Assembly: GCA_963693365.1 (NCBI GenBank) | Contig: CAVNZM010000005.1 | Coordinates: 9,404,334 to 9,468,333, forward strand | Source: Amoebidium appalachense | Taxonomy: Eukaryota; Protista; Ichthyosporea | Length of the DNA: 64,000 bases | Direction of reading: 5' to 3' | Part shown: positions 12,853 to 25,481 of the stretch, one piece after another | How the letters are laid out: the number at the start of each line of letters is the position of its first letter | Position numbering within the stretch: the stretch's first letter is position 1 | Program-made: the position numbers and the translations under genes | Notes under the pieces: generated by a model | The model's input: only the letters and a program-made list of their open reading frames with translations | What the model was told of the DNA's origin: nothing | Databases searched by the model: none

Positions 12853-13209
12853 CCCACGGCCTGCACAGTGCTCAGTCGATCGATTGATTCGGCCAATCAA
12901 AAGCTCAAAGAATCTTTGTTTTATCTCTGTACGTGACTTTTAGCCGATAGAGTAGATAAGTGTAAAATGTCAGTTTGTCACGCGGGCGCACCGTGTGGTG
13001 CCTATGGGTTCTCCTTGCTGTACGAGTATTTGTTAAGCATATCATTATACCAATTGCTACATCATATACTATAATACTATTAGTATTCCTAATGGGGCAA
13101 TACATTTACACTACGGTAGCACCCGCCGGTAGCTCCCGCCGGTATACCGGTGATCTATTTTATTTTGTCCTTGGGCCCGAAATTCCCGATGACTATACAC
13201 CGATCCTAA

Positions 13210-13246
13210 CGATTGGCGGGAAATAAGAACAAGGAAAAGCCAATCG
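13210..13246. promoter_or_regulatory. Candidate promoter module: E2F-like site (TTGGCGGGAAA) and two opposed CCAAT boxes
   Basis: attgg at 13212-16, ttggcgggaaa at 13213-23 and ccaat at 13240-44, about 400 bp upstream of the peroxidase ATG. Motif match only. Confidence 0.3.
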
Positions 13247-13650
13247 GATGACAGCATTTTATAGAAAGGGTATGATTGGTACACTAAAGCACACAAGCAA
13301 GTATATAACGCCTCACTCGAGAATCCTCAGTCAGTCTGATGATGGTCATGTAGTACAAGCTTTCGAATTCGGACGAGTGACTGTGTGTGACACTGCGCAT
13401 GATATACCTACACAAAGTTCCTCTTACCACCGTCGATTTTCTCTCTATGCTTATCTTTTTCGTGCTCTTCCCTTTTCTTATTTCCACTTGCACGGCGTTG
13501 GTGTGTGCCTGCTTGATATATATACTTCAGGCACGACACAACCAGAGGCCCTAGGCCCTTCCCTTTAAACCAACCACACCCACCTCCAGTACATAGTATA
13601 CCCATAACCCCAAGTCACACGTATCTTCCTTCAATCAGATATATATCACT

Positions 13651-14856
13651 ATGAATTTTCGACGGATTCTCTTCGCTGCAGGGGTCTGCATCTCTCTAGA
13701 CCCCATGCTGACAAACGGCCCCTCCGGAGCCGACGCCCAGCTCATACGCGTTCTGAGCGAAGCGCGCCCTCCGAGTCTTTACGCTCGAGGATTTCCCGCT
13801 GGCCCCGTTTTCCAACCAACCAAAGCACTTGACCTTGTTGTGAAATACGACTTGAAGTCGGGTGGATGCCAACTGTACAACCCAACAAAGGTGTATTGGC
13901 AGGGGTTTCGTGACGATTTAGTTGCGTTTTTGAGGAGGCCAGATTGCGAGCTTCTGGATGGAAACACACACAAGGTGTCTTGCATACGTGTGGCAGCGAT
14001 GCTTGTGCGTGCCTCCTTCCACGATGCCGGAGCTTATGCGCCCCGACGCGGGGGCGGTGCCGACGGGTCATTCCTCATATCTGGTCCCGAAGACAGTTGG
14101 GCCCTCAACGTTCTACCTCTACCCTTTGCACCCATCGTCCGCGCCGTCCTCCGGCCGTTGGTAGAAAACAACCGAACCTCATGGGCGGACGCTATCGCCG
14201 TCAGCGGTGCCATTGCGACACATGTTTTGGGCCGTGCCCAGAACTTCACCGTACAGGTGGGAAGGTGCGACCGTAGGGAGGTTAATCCGGAAGCGATGCC
14301 GAGGGGCAGCGCGACGTTTACAGAATGGTCTAAGTATTGGGAATCGCTCAACATCAGTCTCACGGACGCGATGGCTCTTATGGGGTCTCACTCTCTCGTT
14401 CGGGATCAACCCATGCTGCAGCTCCACACAACGGGAATGAAGCAGTTTACTTGGGGCAACCAGTACTTTAAAGACATGCAACTTGGTAGCCACAAGATCA
14501 CGGGGCAAGTGGATTGGCGTGTTCCTATTCGCGGGTTGGCGATTCCCGTCCCCCAGCCGTGGAGGTATACCCTGAATGACGCAATGTGCGCACCTGATCA
14601 GATGTTCTCGCACTGCGATGAGTTGGAGAGAGTTAAGGACAAGATAAACCTCCAGCATGGGTGCCCGTTTGCATCAATGCTGGCGAACGTGATTGATAAC
14701 TTCGCACAGGATAAGGATGCGTGGGAGACTGCGTACGAAATTGCGTACACTCGGATGATGAATGTTGGGGCCTTTTATGTGCGGAGTCCCACTGTGGTCA
14801 CTTTTGCACCTCTAACTCCAGACCCCGAGGCTGACACACTCAATTTCCGGCGATAG
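13651..14856 (+). CDS. Intronless heme peroxidase of the non-animal peroxidase-catalase superfamily, probably secreted (401 aa)
   Basis: Distal motif LVRASFHDAG, GGADGS, SWADAIAVSG, VGRCDR, proximal His motif ALMGSHSL, GNQYF and C-terminal FAQDKDAW..AY.RMMNVG. Hydrophobic N-terminus. Confidence 0.92.
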   Translation: MNFRRILFAAGVCISLDPMLTNGPSGADAQLIRVLSEARPPSLYARGFPAGPVFQPTKALDLVVKYDLKSGGCQLYNPTKVYWQGFRDDLVAFLRRPDCELLDGNTHKVSCIRVAAMLVRASFHDAGAYAPRRGGGADGSFLISGPEDSWALNVLPLPFAPIVRAVLRPLVENNRTSWADAIAVSGAIATHVLGRAQNFTVQVGRCDRREVNPEAMPRGSATFTEWSKYWESLNISLTDAMALMGSHSLVRDQPMLQLHTTGMKQFTWGNQYFKDMQLGSHKITGQVDWRVPIRGLAIPVPQPWRYTLNDAMCAPDQMFSHCDELERVKDKINLQHGCPFASMLANVIDNFAQDKDAWETAYEIAYTRMMNVGAFYVRSPTVVTFAPLTPDPEADTLNFRR

Positions 14857-15923
14857 TGCTTGTTAGATCTGCTTGAGCAGGATTTGTAAATGGAATCCTG
14901 CCTTCGAGCTTCTATATGTATCATCAGTGTCAGTGTAATTTTGGCACCGTAGTGTTTCAGGTTTCATTTGGATTCATTAGGACCGTAGCAAACACGACAA
15001 TCTTTTAGTTATCGATATGCAATATAAAGCGGCATGCAGGATTGCAGTACATATCAGACATGTGTACATCATCAGTATCAGGTTCATTTCAGTCCCGAAA
15101 ATGTCTGACTCATATCGAATACTGCACCTAGTCTAAGATACTGATAAATGTACAAATTCAAACGTCTTTGCCTTAAGTCCACAACCGGGTTATTTCCTTC
15201 ATGTGGGGCCTTTGACCTAACGGTGCCTTAGGTTGCCAAGAGCGCAAAGCTAAGCATGATTGCACTGCAATATTCACAGAGCTCTCGAGGCTTATCATTA
15301 TGATCGACAACTTTGCTTTCATCTATTATCAACTTTATTGCTACGGTATTATGATCACTGGATATGATTATTTGAGAGTGTTTCGTGATTAGTGTGTCAC
15401 AGTACGTGCACGATGGGCTGTAAACACGGGCCGGGGGGGGGGGAGGGGGGGAGGGAGGGGGGGGAGATGGGGGGGAGGGGGGGGGGGGGGGAGGGAGGGG
15501 GGCGCATAATGGCGGTGCACGTGGTCGGAGTTTCTAAATGCAAAAACCGGGATTGTATAAATTAACACAAATGCTGCTGCTTGCAGCATGCGAATTCTGG
15601 AGTAAAACTCTCACTGACAAGAAAAGGCCTGACTGGTCATACCACGTAACGAATCTCAGCGGGGAAAAAAAAAAAACAGATAACTTAATATAACACCAGC
15701 ATTACCGAGCTCACAATCATTTTTTAAATTACTTGGGCCACTTGGCTGAATTACTATTATGGCATTAGTGCTACGGTGACCGTCTCTCGAGATCGAATAC
15801 TTAAGTCTTCACAAACTTTTATACCACGTCAGCCGTTTCTCCAGCCACTCCCTCCTCCGCCCCCCCCTCCCCCCCTCTTTGTGTTTAACTTAGCTAGTAA
15901 CAAGAAAATTCCCCAATGTAAGC

Positions 15924-16038
15924 CTCAGATGACCCCCCCCCCCCCCCCCCCCCCCCCCAAACAAAAAAAAAAAAAAAAAAAAAGACGAAGAAGAAAAAGA
16001 ACTTTTTTTTTGGGGGGGGGGGGGGTCATCTGAGTATG

Positions 16039-16073
<35 letters not shown>

Positions 16074-16166
16074 ACAAAAAAAAAAAAAAAAAGACGAAGA
16101 AGAAAAAGAACTTTTTTTTTTTGGGGGGGGGGGGGGGGGGAGGGGGGAGGGGGGGGGGGACCATAC
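15924..16166. repeat. Two abutting hairpins with an identical core: Cn-An-GACGAAGAAGAAAAAGAAC-Tn-Gn
   Basis: Arms ctcagatgac/gtcatctgag (15924-16034) and gtatggtc/gaccatac (16034-16166). Confidence 0.85.
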
Positions 16167-16672
16167 CTGTTTTTGCGCCTTTGAGTTAAGGATTGAAGGA
16201 TTTGTCAAATAGCCTGGGCCGTCTTTCTTTTTTCTCTTTCCAACCGCGGGGCCTTTGCCAAAGTTCAAACAAAGCTCCTCCCCCGGCCACCCATACATCC
16301 CCCCTCCCCGCCCTCCCCCCTCCCCCCAACACAGACACACAGACACACACACACCACCTGGCAGCCAGTCGGCCATCTTTCCCCCGGTCTCTCTCCCCTC
16401 CCCTCCCCGCCTGCCCCTACTTGAACACACACACACACACACACACACCTTTTTGCCCTCCCCCCCCCCCTCCCCCCCCCCCCCCCCCCCCCCCTCTCTC
16501 CCCCCCCTTCCCCCCGAGCTGCACTAGCACTGCTATCAGTTATCAGCTATCAGCAATTCTTATGCAGGTGCCAAAAGAAAAGAAAAAACAGGGTTCCCCC
16601 TTTGGATTTTGCGTGCAAAACGTCAAAACGGCTGAGCCTCTTGAATTTATTTCTTTCCATCATCCCTCCCCC

Positions 16673-16716
<44 letters not shown>

Positions 16717-17054
16717 GTGAAAAACACAGCTTAAAGACACGGAGGAAAATCAGGTTGACGAAGATTATGGGGGGAGGAAGGACACAACGTCCTTGCCCCC
16801 CTCTCCCCTCCCCCAACCCCCCCCCCCCCCCCCCCCCGGGGCCCCCCCCACGCACACACACGCACAGAACCGCACACGCATACGCGCACACACACATAGA
16901 CACATGGTGACACAAGGTGTGTACACATGTGCACGTCATACGCACAAACGCATGTGTGCAGATCACACGAATACACATACAGATTGCGCCGGACATAAAG
17001 GGTTAAGAACCACTACCAACTTGATGATAAGAACACGCTAGGGGCAGAGAGCAC

Positions 17055-17334
17055 GGGATTATAAAGAGCACGCACCCCAGCCAGATTTTCGGATGTTCTT
17101 AGTGGCGGATTGGCCGAAAACTGAATTCAGTGCCCCTCCTCCCCCCCGGGGGGGGGGGGGGGGGGGGGAAGGGGGCGGGGAGGGGGGGGGGGGGGGGGAG
17201 AGGGAGGGAGGAAGGGGGGATGGGAGGAAGGTAGGGGGGAAGGGGGGGGGAGGGGGGCACTGGGTTTAGTTTTAGGCCAGTCCACCGCTAAGAACATCCG
17301 AAAATCTAGCTCGGATGCATGCTCTTCAAATCCC
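17055..17334. mobile_element. 280-bp fold-back MITE-like element with ~80-bp arms around a G-rich core
   Basis: gggattataaagagcacgcaccccagccagattttcggatgttcttagtggcggattggccgaaaactgaattcagtgcccc pairs with ggggcactgggtttagttttaggccagtccaccgctaagaacatccgaaaatctagctcggatgcatgctcttcaaatccc. Mismatches are mostly transitions; no clear target-site duplication. Confidence 0.75.
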
Positions 17335-17838
17335 TACCCCACCTTCCTCTTCCCCCCCCCCCCCCCCCTCCCCCCCCCCCCCCCCCCCCCCCCCGGCTCC
17401 CCCTCTCCCACCCCACCCACCCATCCCCCGTCCCCCCCTCCTCCCCCACCCACTCGCCCTTCTGGATCCTCATCCCAATAAGACCCCTCCGTCCCCTCCT
17501 CTCCCCTCCCCCCTGCCCCCCACATAGCTAGCCTCCTCCCCCCCCATCCCCCCCCCATCTCCCCCCCCCCCCCCCCCCCTTCTCCCCCCCCCCCCCCCCC
17601 CACCCCCTAACCCCCGACCCCCCCTCCTCCCCTCCCCCCTTGGGGGAGGCCATAGCATTCAGAACATGACTGCCACAGCAGCTTTCCAAGAAAAGTCAAG
17701 AAACATGCACGGCAACCCGTTTTTTTTTGGGGTTGTTAATTGGGGGACGACATATGTACACACACAAATGCACACGCTGGTATAGCGAGCTTGCCAGTGG
17801 GCATTGCCAAACAAAAACAATGTATTAAGATCTCGTAG

Positions 17839-17985
17839 GCAAAGCCCGAATTTGAGATTCCATTGGGAAATATTGGAGGTGAACTGTGGCTGTTGAACGG
17901 GTCCAAAGAAGAAAAAGACCCCATGTTTAGATTATTATGCGAATGTTTGCGCTTGTTTGTTAAATATGGTCCCTTTATGACCTAA
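17839..17985 (+). CDS. Putative terminal exon of an unresolved gene (AKPEFEIPLGNIGGELWLLNGSKEEKDPMFRLLCECLRLFVKYGPFMT*)
   Basis: cgtag acceptor, 48 open codons of ordinary protein composition, and LNG-x10-LLxEC spacing shared with the repeat in the 7776-9501 gene. A possible upstream exon starts at 16568. Confidence 0.4.
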   Translation, partial: AKPEFEIPLGNIGGELWLLNGSKEEKDPMFRLLCECLRLFVKYGPFMT

Positions 17986-19800
17986 TCTCAGATATCGGGG
18001 CCCTCTGTGGGATATATTCCCATAGACGGATGGGGGTCACATATGGAGGCTTGGTAGTGCACACACCATTTAGGACACCTAATCGAGCATGATAATATTG
18101 ATGCTGTTAGGGGGGGTATTTAGGCTACGAATATCTCGACCAAAGTTTGGGTTACGATGGATTATTATAGCACAGACCTCTTCCCCTCCCCCCCCCCCCC
18201 CCAACACACACACAAAAAATATATATATATATATAAAAAAAAGAAAGAAGAAAGAAAGAAAGAAAGAAAGGAAGAAAGAAAGAAAGAAAGGAAGAAAGAA
18301 AAAGAGCAAGCCCCCCGTATATCCCACGGGTGGCACGGGATAAGTTCACCTACCTCGAACACTGCAATAAATAATCTGGAAATTAAGCAGGGTTGAAGTC
18401 ATTTTGGTCACAGTGCACGTGTGTACAGGAACTGTGTCCTCCCTGCGGGAATTCTGTGAGTGTTTACGTGTTTGTGTATGCATGCGTGCATTTACACATA
18501 CGTATGCAACACTGTGTGTGCATCATACGGATGTATGTATTGAACACCATCTGTGCACATGGATGTGTGCACATCATGATTGGTGCAGTTGTGTATGTGT
18601 TACGGTCTTTTATTATAAATTATGTCACGGCACGCGTGGGTACATGTGCCGTTAACTGTCGTGGCCTTGGGTCCGCCTGCACGTGTTTCTAAATGTATGA
18701 AGGTTGGTTTACATAAAGTGTGTTGCTAAATATTTGGTATAGCAGCTGGTTTTTATGTGCGCTCATGCACATTGCCTCCATGCCACTCATCATCGGTCCA
18801 CAAGGACTTCGTGTATACATGTGTCACCGGGCATATACGAGCCCACACACATCATTTCAAACACGTTCTACACATGTGATAAGCACATACAGGGGTCCCT
18901 CACATATTGACACACCCCCGTTTTTGGCCAAAGTGTATTAATACTCGAGGTGAAGCGAACACGACAATTCAATTAGTAAATTGCCATTTATTGTGTCGCG
19001 CCTATGTATTTACATATGAGTCAGGGAAAATATACATGTCTCCCTATAGCTATATTATAGTGCAGGCCCGGAAGTGTATCAATACGCGAATGTATAAATA
19101 AGATGGTGTATTAATACGCTAGGGACCCTTGTACGTGGCACACATTATGTGTGTGTGTGTGTGTGGGATTGGGGGGTGGAGGGGAAGGGGCAAGGAGAGG
19201 GGATAAACGGGGCCCCAGGTGGTGGTGGTTGGGGGTGAGGGGGGGAGGGGGGAAGCCTCGGGGGGGGGGGGGAGGGGGGAGAATGTGAAGAATGGGGAAA
19301 GTAAGTGTGCGCATATGGGTTGTATAGAAGACACCATAAGCGGTGAAACAGAGGGCGGCGGCGGCGGCGGCGGAGGCATGGGAGGGGGGGGGAGGGGGCG
19401 GTAAGGGGGAGGAGAGGGGGAGGACCAGACAAGGGGGTTGGGGGGAGGGGGGGGAGGCTCTGGGGCGAATGCTTGAGGCAAGGAAGAAGCAGCATGGTCA
19501 CATGGTACTGTTCGAATTTCAAAGGGAGAAAGGGACCCCCCCCCCCCCCTTTTTTCGGGGGGGGGGGGGGGGGGGGGAAGGGGGAAGGAACAGGTTGGAC
19601 GGGGGACATGGATGGGAGTGTTTTTTCTGTGTGTGTGTGTGTGTGTATGTGTGTGTGTGTGTGTTTGATGGGGGGGGGGGGGGGGGGGGAGGATGGGGGG
19701 GGGAGGGGGGACGGGGGGATGTATGTGAGCTTTTTTTGTGGGCGTTGGGGTGGGGGGTGTGGGGTGGGGGTTGGGGAGGTGGGTGGGTGGGTGGGTGGTT

Positions 19801-19836
<36 letters not shown>

Positions 19837-20149
19837 TGTATGTGGGCTCTAAATTTTTCTGTGGAGGTTGGATGAGGGGGAAGGGAGGATGGGAACGGGA
19901 GGCGAGGGTGGAGGCGAGGTGGGGGGGGGGGGGGGGGGGGGGGGGATGGGGGGTGGGGAAGGAGGTACGGAAACAATGTCAGAAAGTAACGAACGAAAGA
20001 AGAACTTACACTTACATATGCGGACACAACAAAACTGGCAAAGCTCTACTAGACAGAGCACGGGATTTTCTTTTCTTTTCTTTCTTTCTTGCCATGCATA
20101 TTTTTATTTTTTTTTTTTGGGGGGGGGGGGGGGGGGAGGGCGGGAGGGT

Positions 20150-20220
<71 letters not shown>

Positions 20221-21021
20221 CGGCAAACATCATAAAGGTTCCACAGAGGCAAGCTGCATGGGGGAAGGAGAGGGAGGGGGGGGGGGGGGGGGGGAGGGGA
20301 TGGGTGGGGAGGGGAATGGGTGGTTGGGGGAGGAAGGGGGGGGGGGGGGGGGGGGGGGGGGGGAGGGAGGGTCCTAGAAGCTACGGCAAGTAAAATGAAA
20401 AAGTGAAAAAGGCCGATTGAGTGGGAATGAGTCACAGAGCCTAGCGAGCTATATGCACAAAGGGAAGGGATAAAAGGAGACAGCAACTTGGTGAGGCATC
20501 ATTGAAATTATACAAAGGCTGGCAATCGGTTTATTTCACTGCCATAATGGGCAAATACTCAGTCGGTGCTCCCATCTCCGAAAGTAAATTAAAAATTGAA
20601 ACTTAAATAAAAATTAAATCAAAAAGCTTTACGGTTTAGCATGGCGACGTTCTGCATGTGCAGTGCATCTTTATCAGAATGTGCAAGTCTTCTTTCTGCC
20701 TTCAAAAACATCTGAAAACGGCATTCATATATCATTCTCTCTGTGTAAAAGACAAAGTATACAACACAACAATTCGTTTTCACAGCCTCAACGTGCATCT
20801 TAATGTGGTTTGGTTATTGTGTCTAAAATTGAAATTATTTTTTGGCTTTGAGCTGCTCTTGGCTTCACGTTTCACGTTTCATATTTCATGAGTTTCTTAC
20901 CTACATGAATGACCAACACATGAAACGTACATGAATTTGCATGCACACACATACACACACACAAGAATGGGGGGACACACACATACGAACAGGAGATTCG
21001 GGGAGAACACACACGCACGCG

Positions 21022-21122
<101 letters not shown>

Positions 21123-21207
21123 GCACACACATCCACATTCTAAAAAAAAAAACATCTAAAAATTCAATCACACACTATTCGTCCTTGAGTCATCCCTTAC
21201 CGACACA

Positions 21208-24200
21208 TCATCCAATAAATGGCGCAGGACAGGCACCTTCATGATCTTTTAATGCACCAATCAGCACCCTCCTCCCACCCACCATATCCAATAAGTATCT
21301 CAATCGCTCTGTTAGCTGCGGCTGGCGGAATCTCCAACCAGAAAGCAGCGTCAAAGCGTCAATCACACGTAAATTCGGGGTCTTAACTGGCACGTACACA
21401 TGCTGTGACGATCCAATCCCACTCCAGCCATTCCAATTGGCTAAATCGGTTGGCGGAGTTTGCGATGGGGTGAAATTTTGCGATGCCGCCGCGTGGATGG
21501 CGGCGCTACAGCACACCTCCTGCAGAATTTTCATAGCTACTTGGGCGTTAAAGGTGCACGCGCCATACCACTCCAGCAACATATCAAGTCCGGTCACTCG
21601 TCTCGCAGTTAAAGGACCCCCTACCACCTCGCATCCCTCGTCGCATTCGCCGGCCTCCGCGCTTAAAGACAAAAAGGAACTCGATCGCCCACTCACACAT
21701 GCAGAAAATACAGAGGGGTCTCTCCCTATGGGTGCATGTTTTTGCAGCAGAGAAAGAACCGCAGCGTCTCCGCGCCGCCACGAGCGCACGTGCGCAACCA
21801 CCTTGGCGACAGTTTCCTTATTTGGGTCGTAGCGGGGGTCCTGGAATATTTGCGCAAAAATGTCGGGTCCGGCACCCATCTCAACGGCCACGGCAAGAAG
21901 GTCACACAGCCCGTCCTGGGGTCCACAGTGACCGAAAAGGGACAACACACGCGCGAAAAGCGCAAAATCTCTCTGTTCAAGCGCCCACACGAAAAGAGGA
22001 AACGGGTTCGGGGTGTTACCAGCATGATTATCTTGCGAATTTGCCTGGGGATATCCGTTCGTTCCATTAGTCTTGTTGTTGTCGGAGAGGAAAATCGCTA
22101 CCTCTTGCAGCCGTTTCGGGTCTCTCCACCAATCGGATCGCAGGGATGCCGTACGCGATTTCGCACGCAAAAGCACGACGGCGGCCTTAATCGCAGCCAA
22201 CAGCGCCTGCTTCACATATGGAGGACAAATTTCGTCACCAATCGAGCCGGACCAACGGTGACACACGAGGTATCTGAGCGCATGCCCAAAAATAGCCCAG
22301 TCCTCCGATTGGATGGAGATCAGCACACACTCAGCGACCGCCTCAACATTCACCCCCTCGAGGATTTTCTCCGCATTGGAACCCCCCACATACCCTTCCG
22401 CGGCGCCAAGTATCCCCCCTACAAGCATTGGGTTGTCCAGTCTCCCCCCCACCTGCACGTGCGCACTCAGCCACCCCTCCACCTGTCCCAACAACTGTTT
22501 GGCGGTGTCCCCCATGTCCAGAACATGAAGCAAACACAGCGCCTTGCCGATACAATCGATTATCTTTTTGCCAAGCAAAACACCCGGGCCAGGAGGCACA
22601 CTCGCCGCGTAAATTTCCCGCCTGGGGGGTCCCATGACCAAATTACGCACGTGCTGGGGGTTGAAGTTGCACGATTTGCGCACGTGTTCCGGTAGCCAAA
22701 TGGTATCGGCGGGGTCCCAACCCCCCAACTTCACGCTGTCGTCGTTACGGTTCCACTCTGCAATGTCGCCAGCGGCGTCAAAAATATCTGCCAATAGCAT
22801 CAACCGGTCTGGGAAGGGCAACATCGAATCAGTGCCAAATCGGGTCGGGTCACCGGGAATACGGGTCGGGTCACCAAACATGGCCCCGAAAGCGCGCTTT
22901 GCCAATCCGCAAGCGGGGGTGTGAAGGAGAAGAGGCCATTGGTCGCTCCCAAAAAACCCCACCGACCCCAAATCAAGAACATACCGCTAGTAATGAGACA
23001 CGAAGCAATCACCCGAACGTGCGAGCCAAGCAACATATTCCCGTTCAGAGGGGTAGGCGAGACGCCCCCAAACACGGCAACGCACAACTCGGGCGTGATG
23101 GCGTGGACAAGCGACAGCGGTAGTTGGTTCAGAACAACGTGCCACCCTTCAAAACAACCCAGCGACTTATGTTTTGAACTACCGTTTTTACCAGCACCAA
23201 ACCGGTGGTCTAGACTGGTGGTTGCCCACGGGTTTGCCGACTGCACCACAGAAAAAAACACCTGGGGGGAGAGGGGCCCCAGCACATTTTCCAGAAGGTG
23301 ACAGGCACGGCTATCCCTGCTTGTTGCCGCAAGCAGACACACCACATGGTCCACAGATACATCCGCCTGCGCCGCCAACTGGCACACACGGGCCGAAATT
23401 TGGCAAATCTCATCCGCTTAGCTCGATCTGTCCAGAAGTTCCAGAAATTCCTTGTCGTCCAGAAGTCGCTTGAGACCCTTTTTCGCTGCTTTGCGCTTGG
23501 CAGCCATATCAGCCACGTCTGGAAGGGCTGCTGTTAAGGTGACCCCCCACCTGCTAGGGCGCACAAACTTGTGCAAATGAGGTACAAACCCCGGCTGGGA
23601 AAAAATTACATTTAGCACCTCGCGCGCATCTCTCGTACGCGCCTTAACCTCCTCCCACGCCCGGTTTTCGCTCCACAAAAACTTCTTTTCCAGGTAACCA
23701 AGAAAGATATCCGTTTTCGACGTTTCCTTTCTCGTCTGGACGGGAATAGTCGTCGCCGTCGCCGTCGGCGCCCATAGGGCAAACTCCATAAGCGCCGGGC
23801 TATTTATAGCCTGCAGGGCCCGATACCCAACCAGCCCATCGCGGTCCAGAAGATGTCGCAGAATCGCTGGTTTGCACCCCACCACAGCATCCCACACGAT
23901 TCGCGCAATTTCTGGAAGTTGCTTTGCCGAGTCCAGAAACTGTGTCGTTCTGGTGCTTGTAGCCGCCATCCGAAGCGCCGATTGGTATCCCTGCCCGGGC
24001 TCATTGTCCTGGGGCATAGCGATGGGCGGCAGAAGAAACGACAGCTCACACAGGAAGGGGCCTGCTGTCGGTGGGGTGCTACATTCCAAACTGAACGATT
24101 CCCGTTCCCATCTCCTCTCAAGCGCATCTACAAGGATCTTCACAGCTAGCTTGCACCCCGCCACAACCGCCATGTTCAGCATCACCAGCAGGTCAAGTTG

Positions 24201-25481
24201 CCGCACCGACCCAGCTGCCTCTTGCGCAAACAAGCACGCCTGGGCTGTGTTCACCACCCCGAGGGACACCCCAAACAGAGTGCACAGGTAGGGTAGGGGC
24301 AAACACCACTCCTCCAGAGCTACCTCCCTCACCGCGTCAATCCCCAACACCGCCGCAACAAGGGGAAGAGATACGCCAAGGGAATCACGTGCATCGGGGC
24401 CAAGCAGTGCACGGCAGCCGGCCAGGAGCGAGTTTTTGCGCAAACGGGAAAGCGCGCGAGTGATGCACCCAAACACGGCCCAATCTGTGTACACTGACTC
24501 ACCTCTGTGCTGGATCCAACAGGCAACGGCACGCAAAACGTTCTGGTGGGTGTATCCGTGGGACACCGCAAGATCCATCCACCCGGGGAGGTTTTCGGTT
24601 GCCCAAGGCCCGCTTAGGGAGAAATGGGGAACTGCGAGCCAGCATTGGGAAAGCGAAACTAGCCCCCTGTCGTCTACCGAACCCGCGTGCCTACGCGGTA
24701 AAGCCTCTATCACCAAACGAACATTCGCCACGGATGATACCTCAAAACGCTGCACTCTGTAGTTGTTCAAAAGCGGATCGTGCATGTGGGCCCATGGCTC
24801 TGCTCCCCAAGGCATCATGTGCTCAATTCTCGATGATGTTACGAGCACAGGTAGGTTTACACAGCATCCGTGCAGGGTGAAGGCTTTACTCGAAACAAAC
24901 AAGGAAGAGAAAAATGGTGCACTGTTAGGCGAAGATGAGGCATAGAAAAAGAAGCGTGAGGGACTCTCTCGACCGGAGTCCTCAGCCAAAGACTCCTGGT
25001 TGTGAGCGATAGCAATCTGGATGGTGCTGTCCAGGTCATCGTAGCCGTATGTGTACGCACACAATGCTGCCGCTTCAAGTGTTAGTCGGTCAAATAGCGG
25101 CATCTTGCTTGAAAGAAGAACATGAACAACGGGAGTGTAACCGAGTGCAGATGCAACACACAGAATCGCCGCTGGGTCCCGGAAACGGTGGGATTATAGG
25201 CTGCTTGGTTGCCAGTTTTGCAACCTGATGCGAAGCAAGTGGCACAAAACAAACTCGGGTGTGTGCACGTGGGGATTATCGTTCCAGAACGTAAGCGTCT
25301 CGTGGGTGATTTTCCGTCGAAGAGCATCTTTGGCTAGGGTAGATAGTTGTTTGCACGTTAGAATGCACGCTAAGAAGTCTGCACTGTTGCGAAGATAGGA
25401 GAGGATTCTGAGAATAGCGTCGTCTGGGAGAACACCAAACCACCAGCTTGGGGTATTTACTCCTTTTTGTGCCAGTTCCAT
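21208..25481 (-). pseudogene. Intronless ~1,400-codon F-box plus ankyrin-like repeat gene, disrupted
   Basis: N-terminal F-box LPDDAILRILSYL..DFLACILTCKQLSTLA and ankyrin-like AILCVASALGYTPVVHVLLS and LNMAVVAGCKLAVKILV. ORFs 25194-25493, 23418-25103 and 22800-23387 share one frame separated only by TAA at 25194-96 and 23418-20; one frameshift near 22950-23000 leads into ORF 21208-22971. Confidence 0.75.

Noticed and set aside
19300-20580. Possible small exons on the - strand (gtaagt donor near 20015)
   Set aside because: No coherent reading frame or recognisable product could be assembled.
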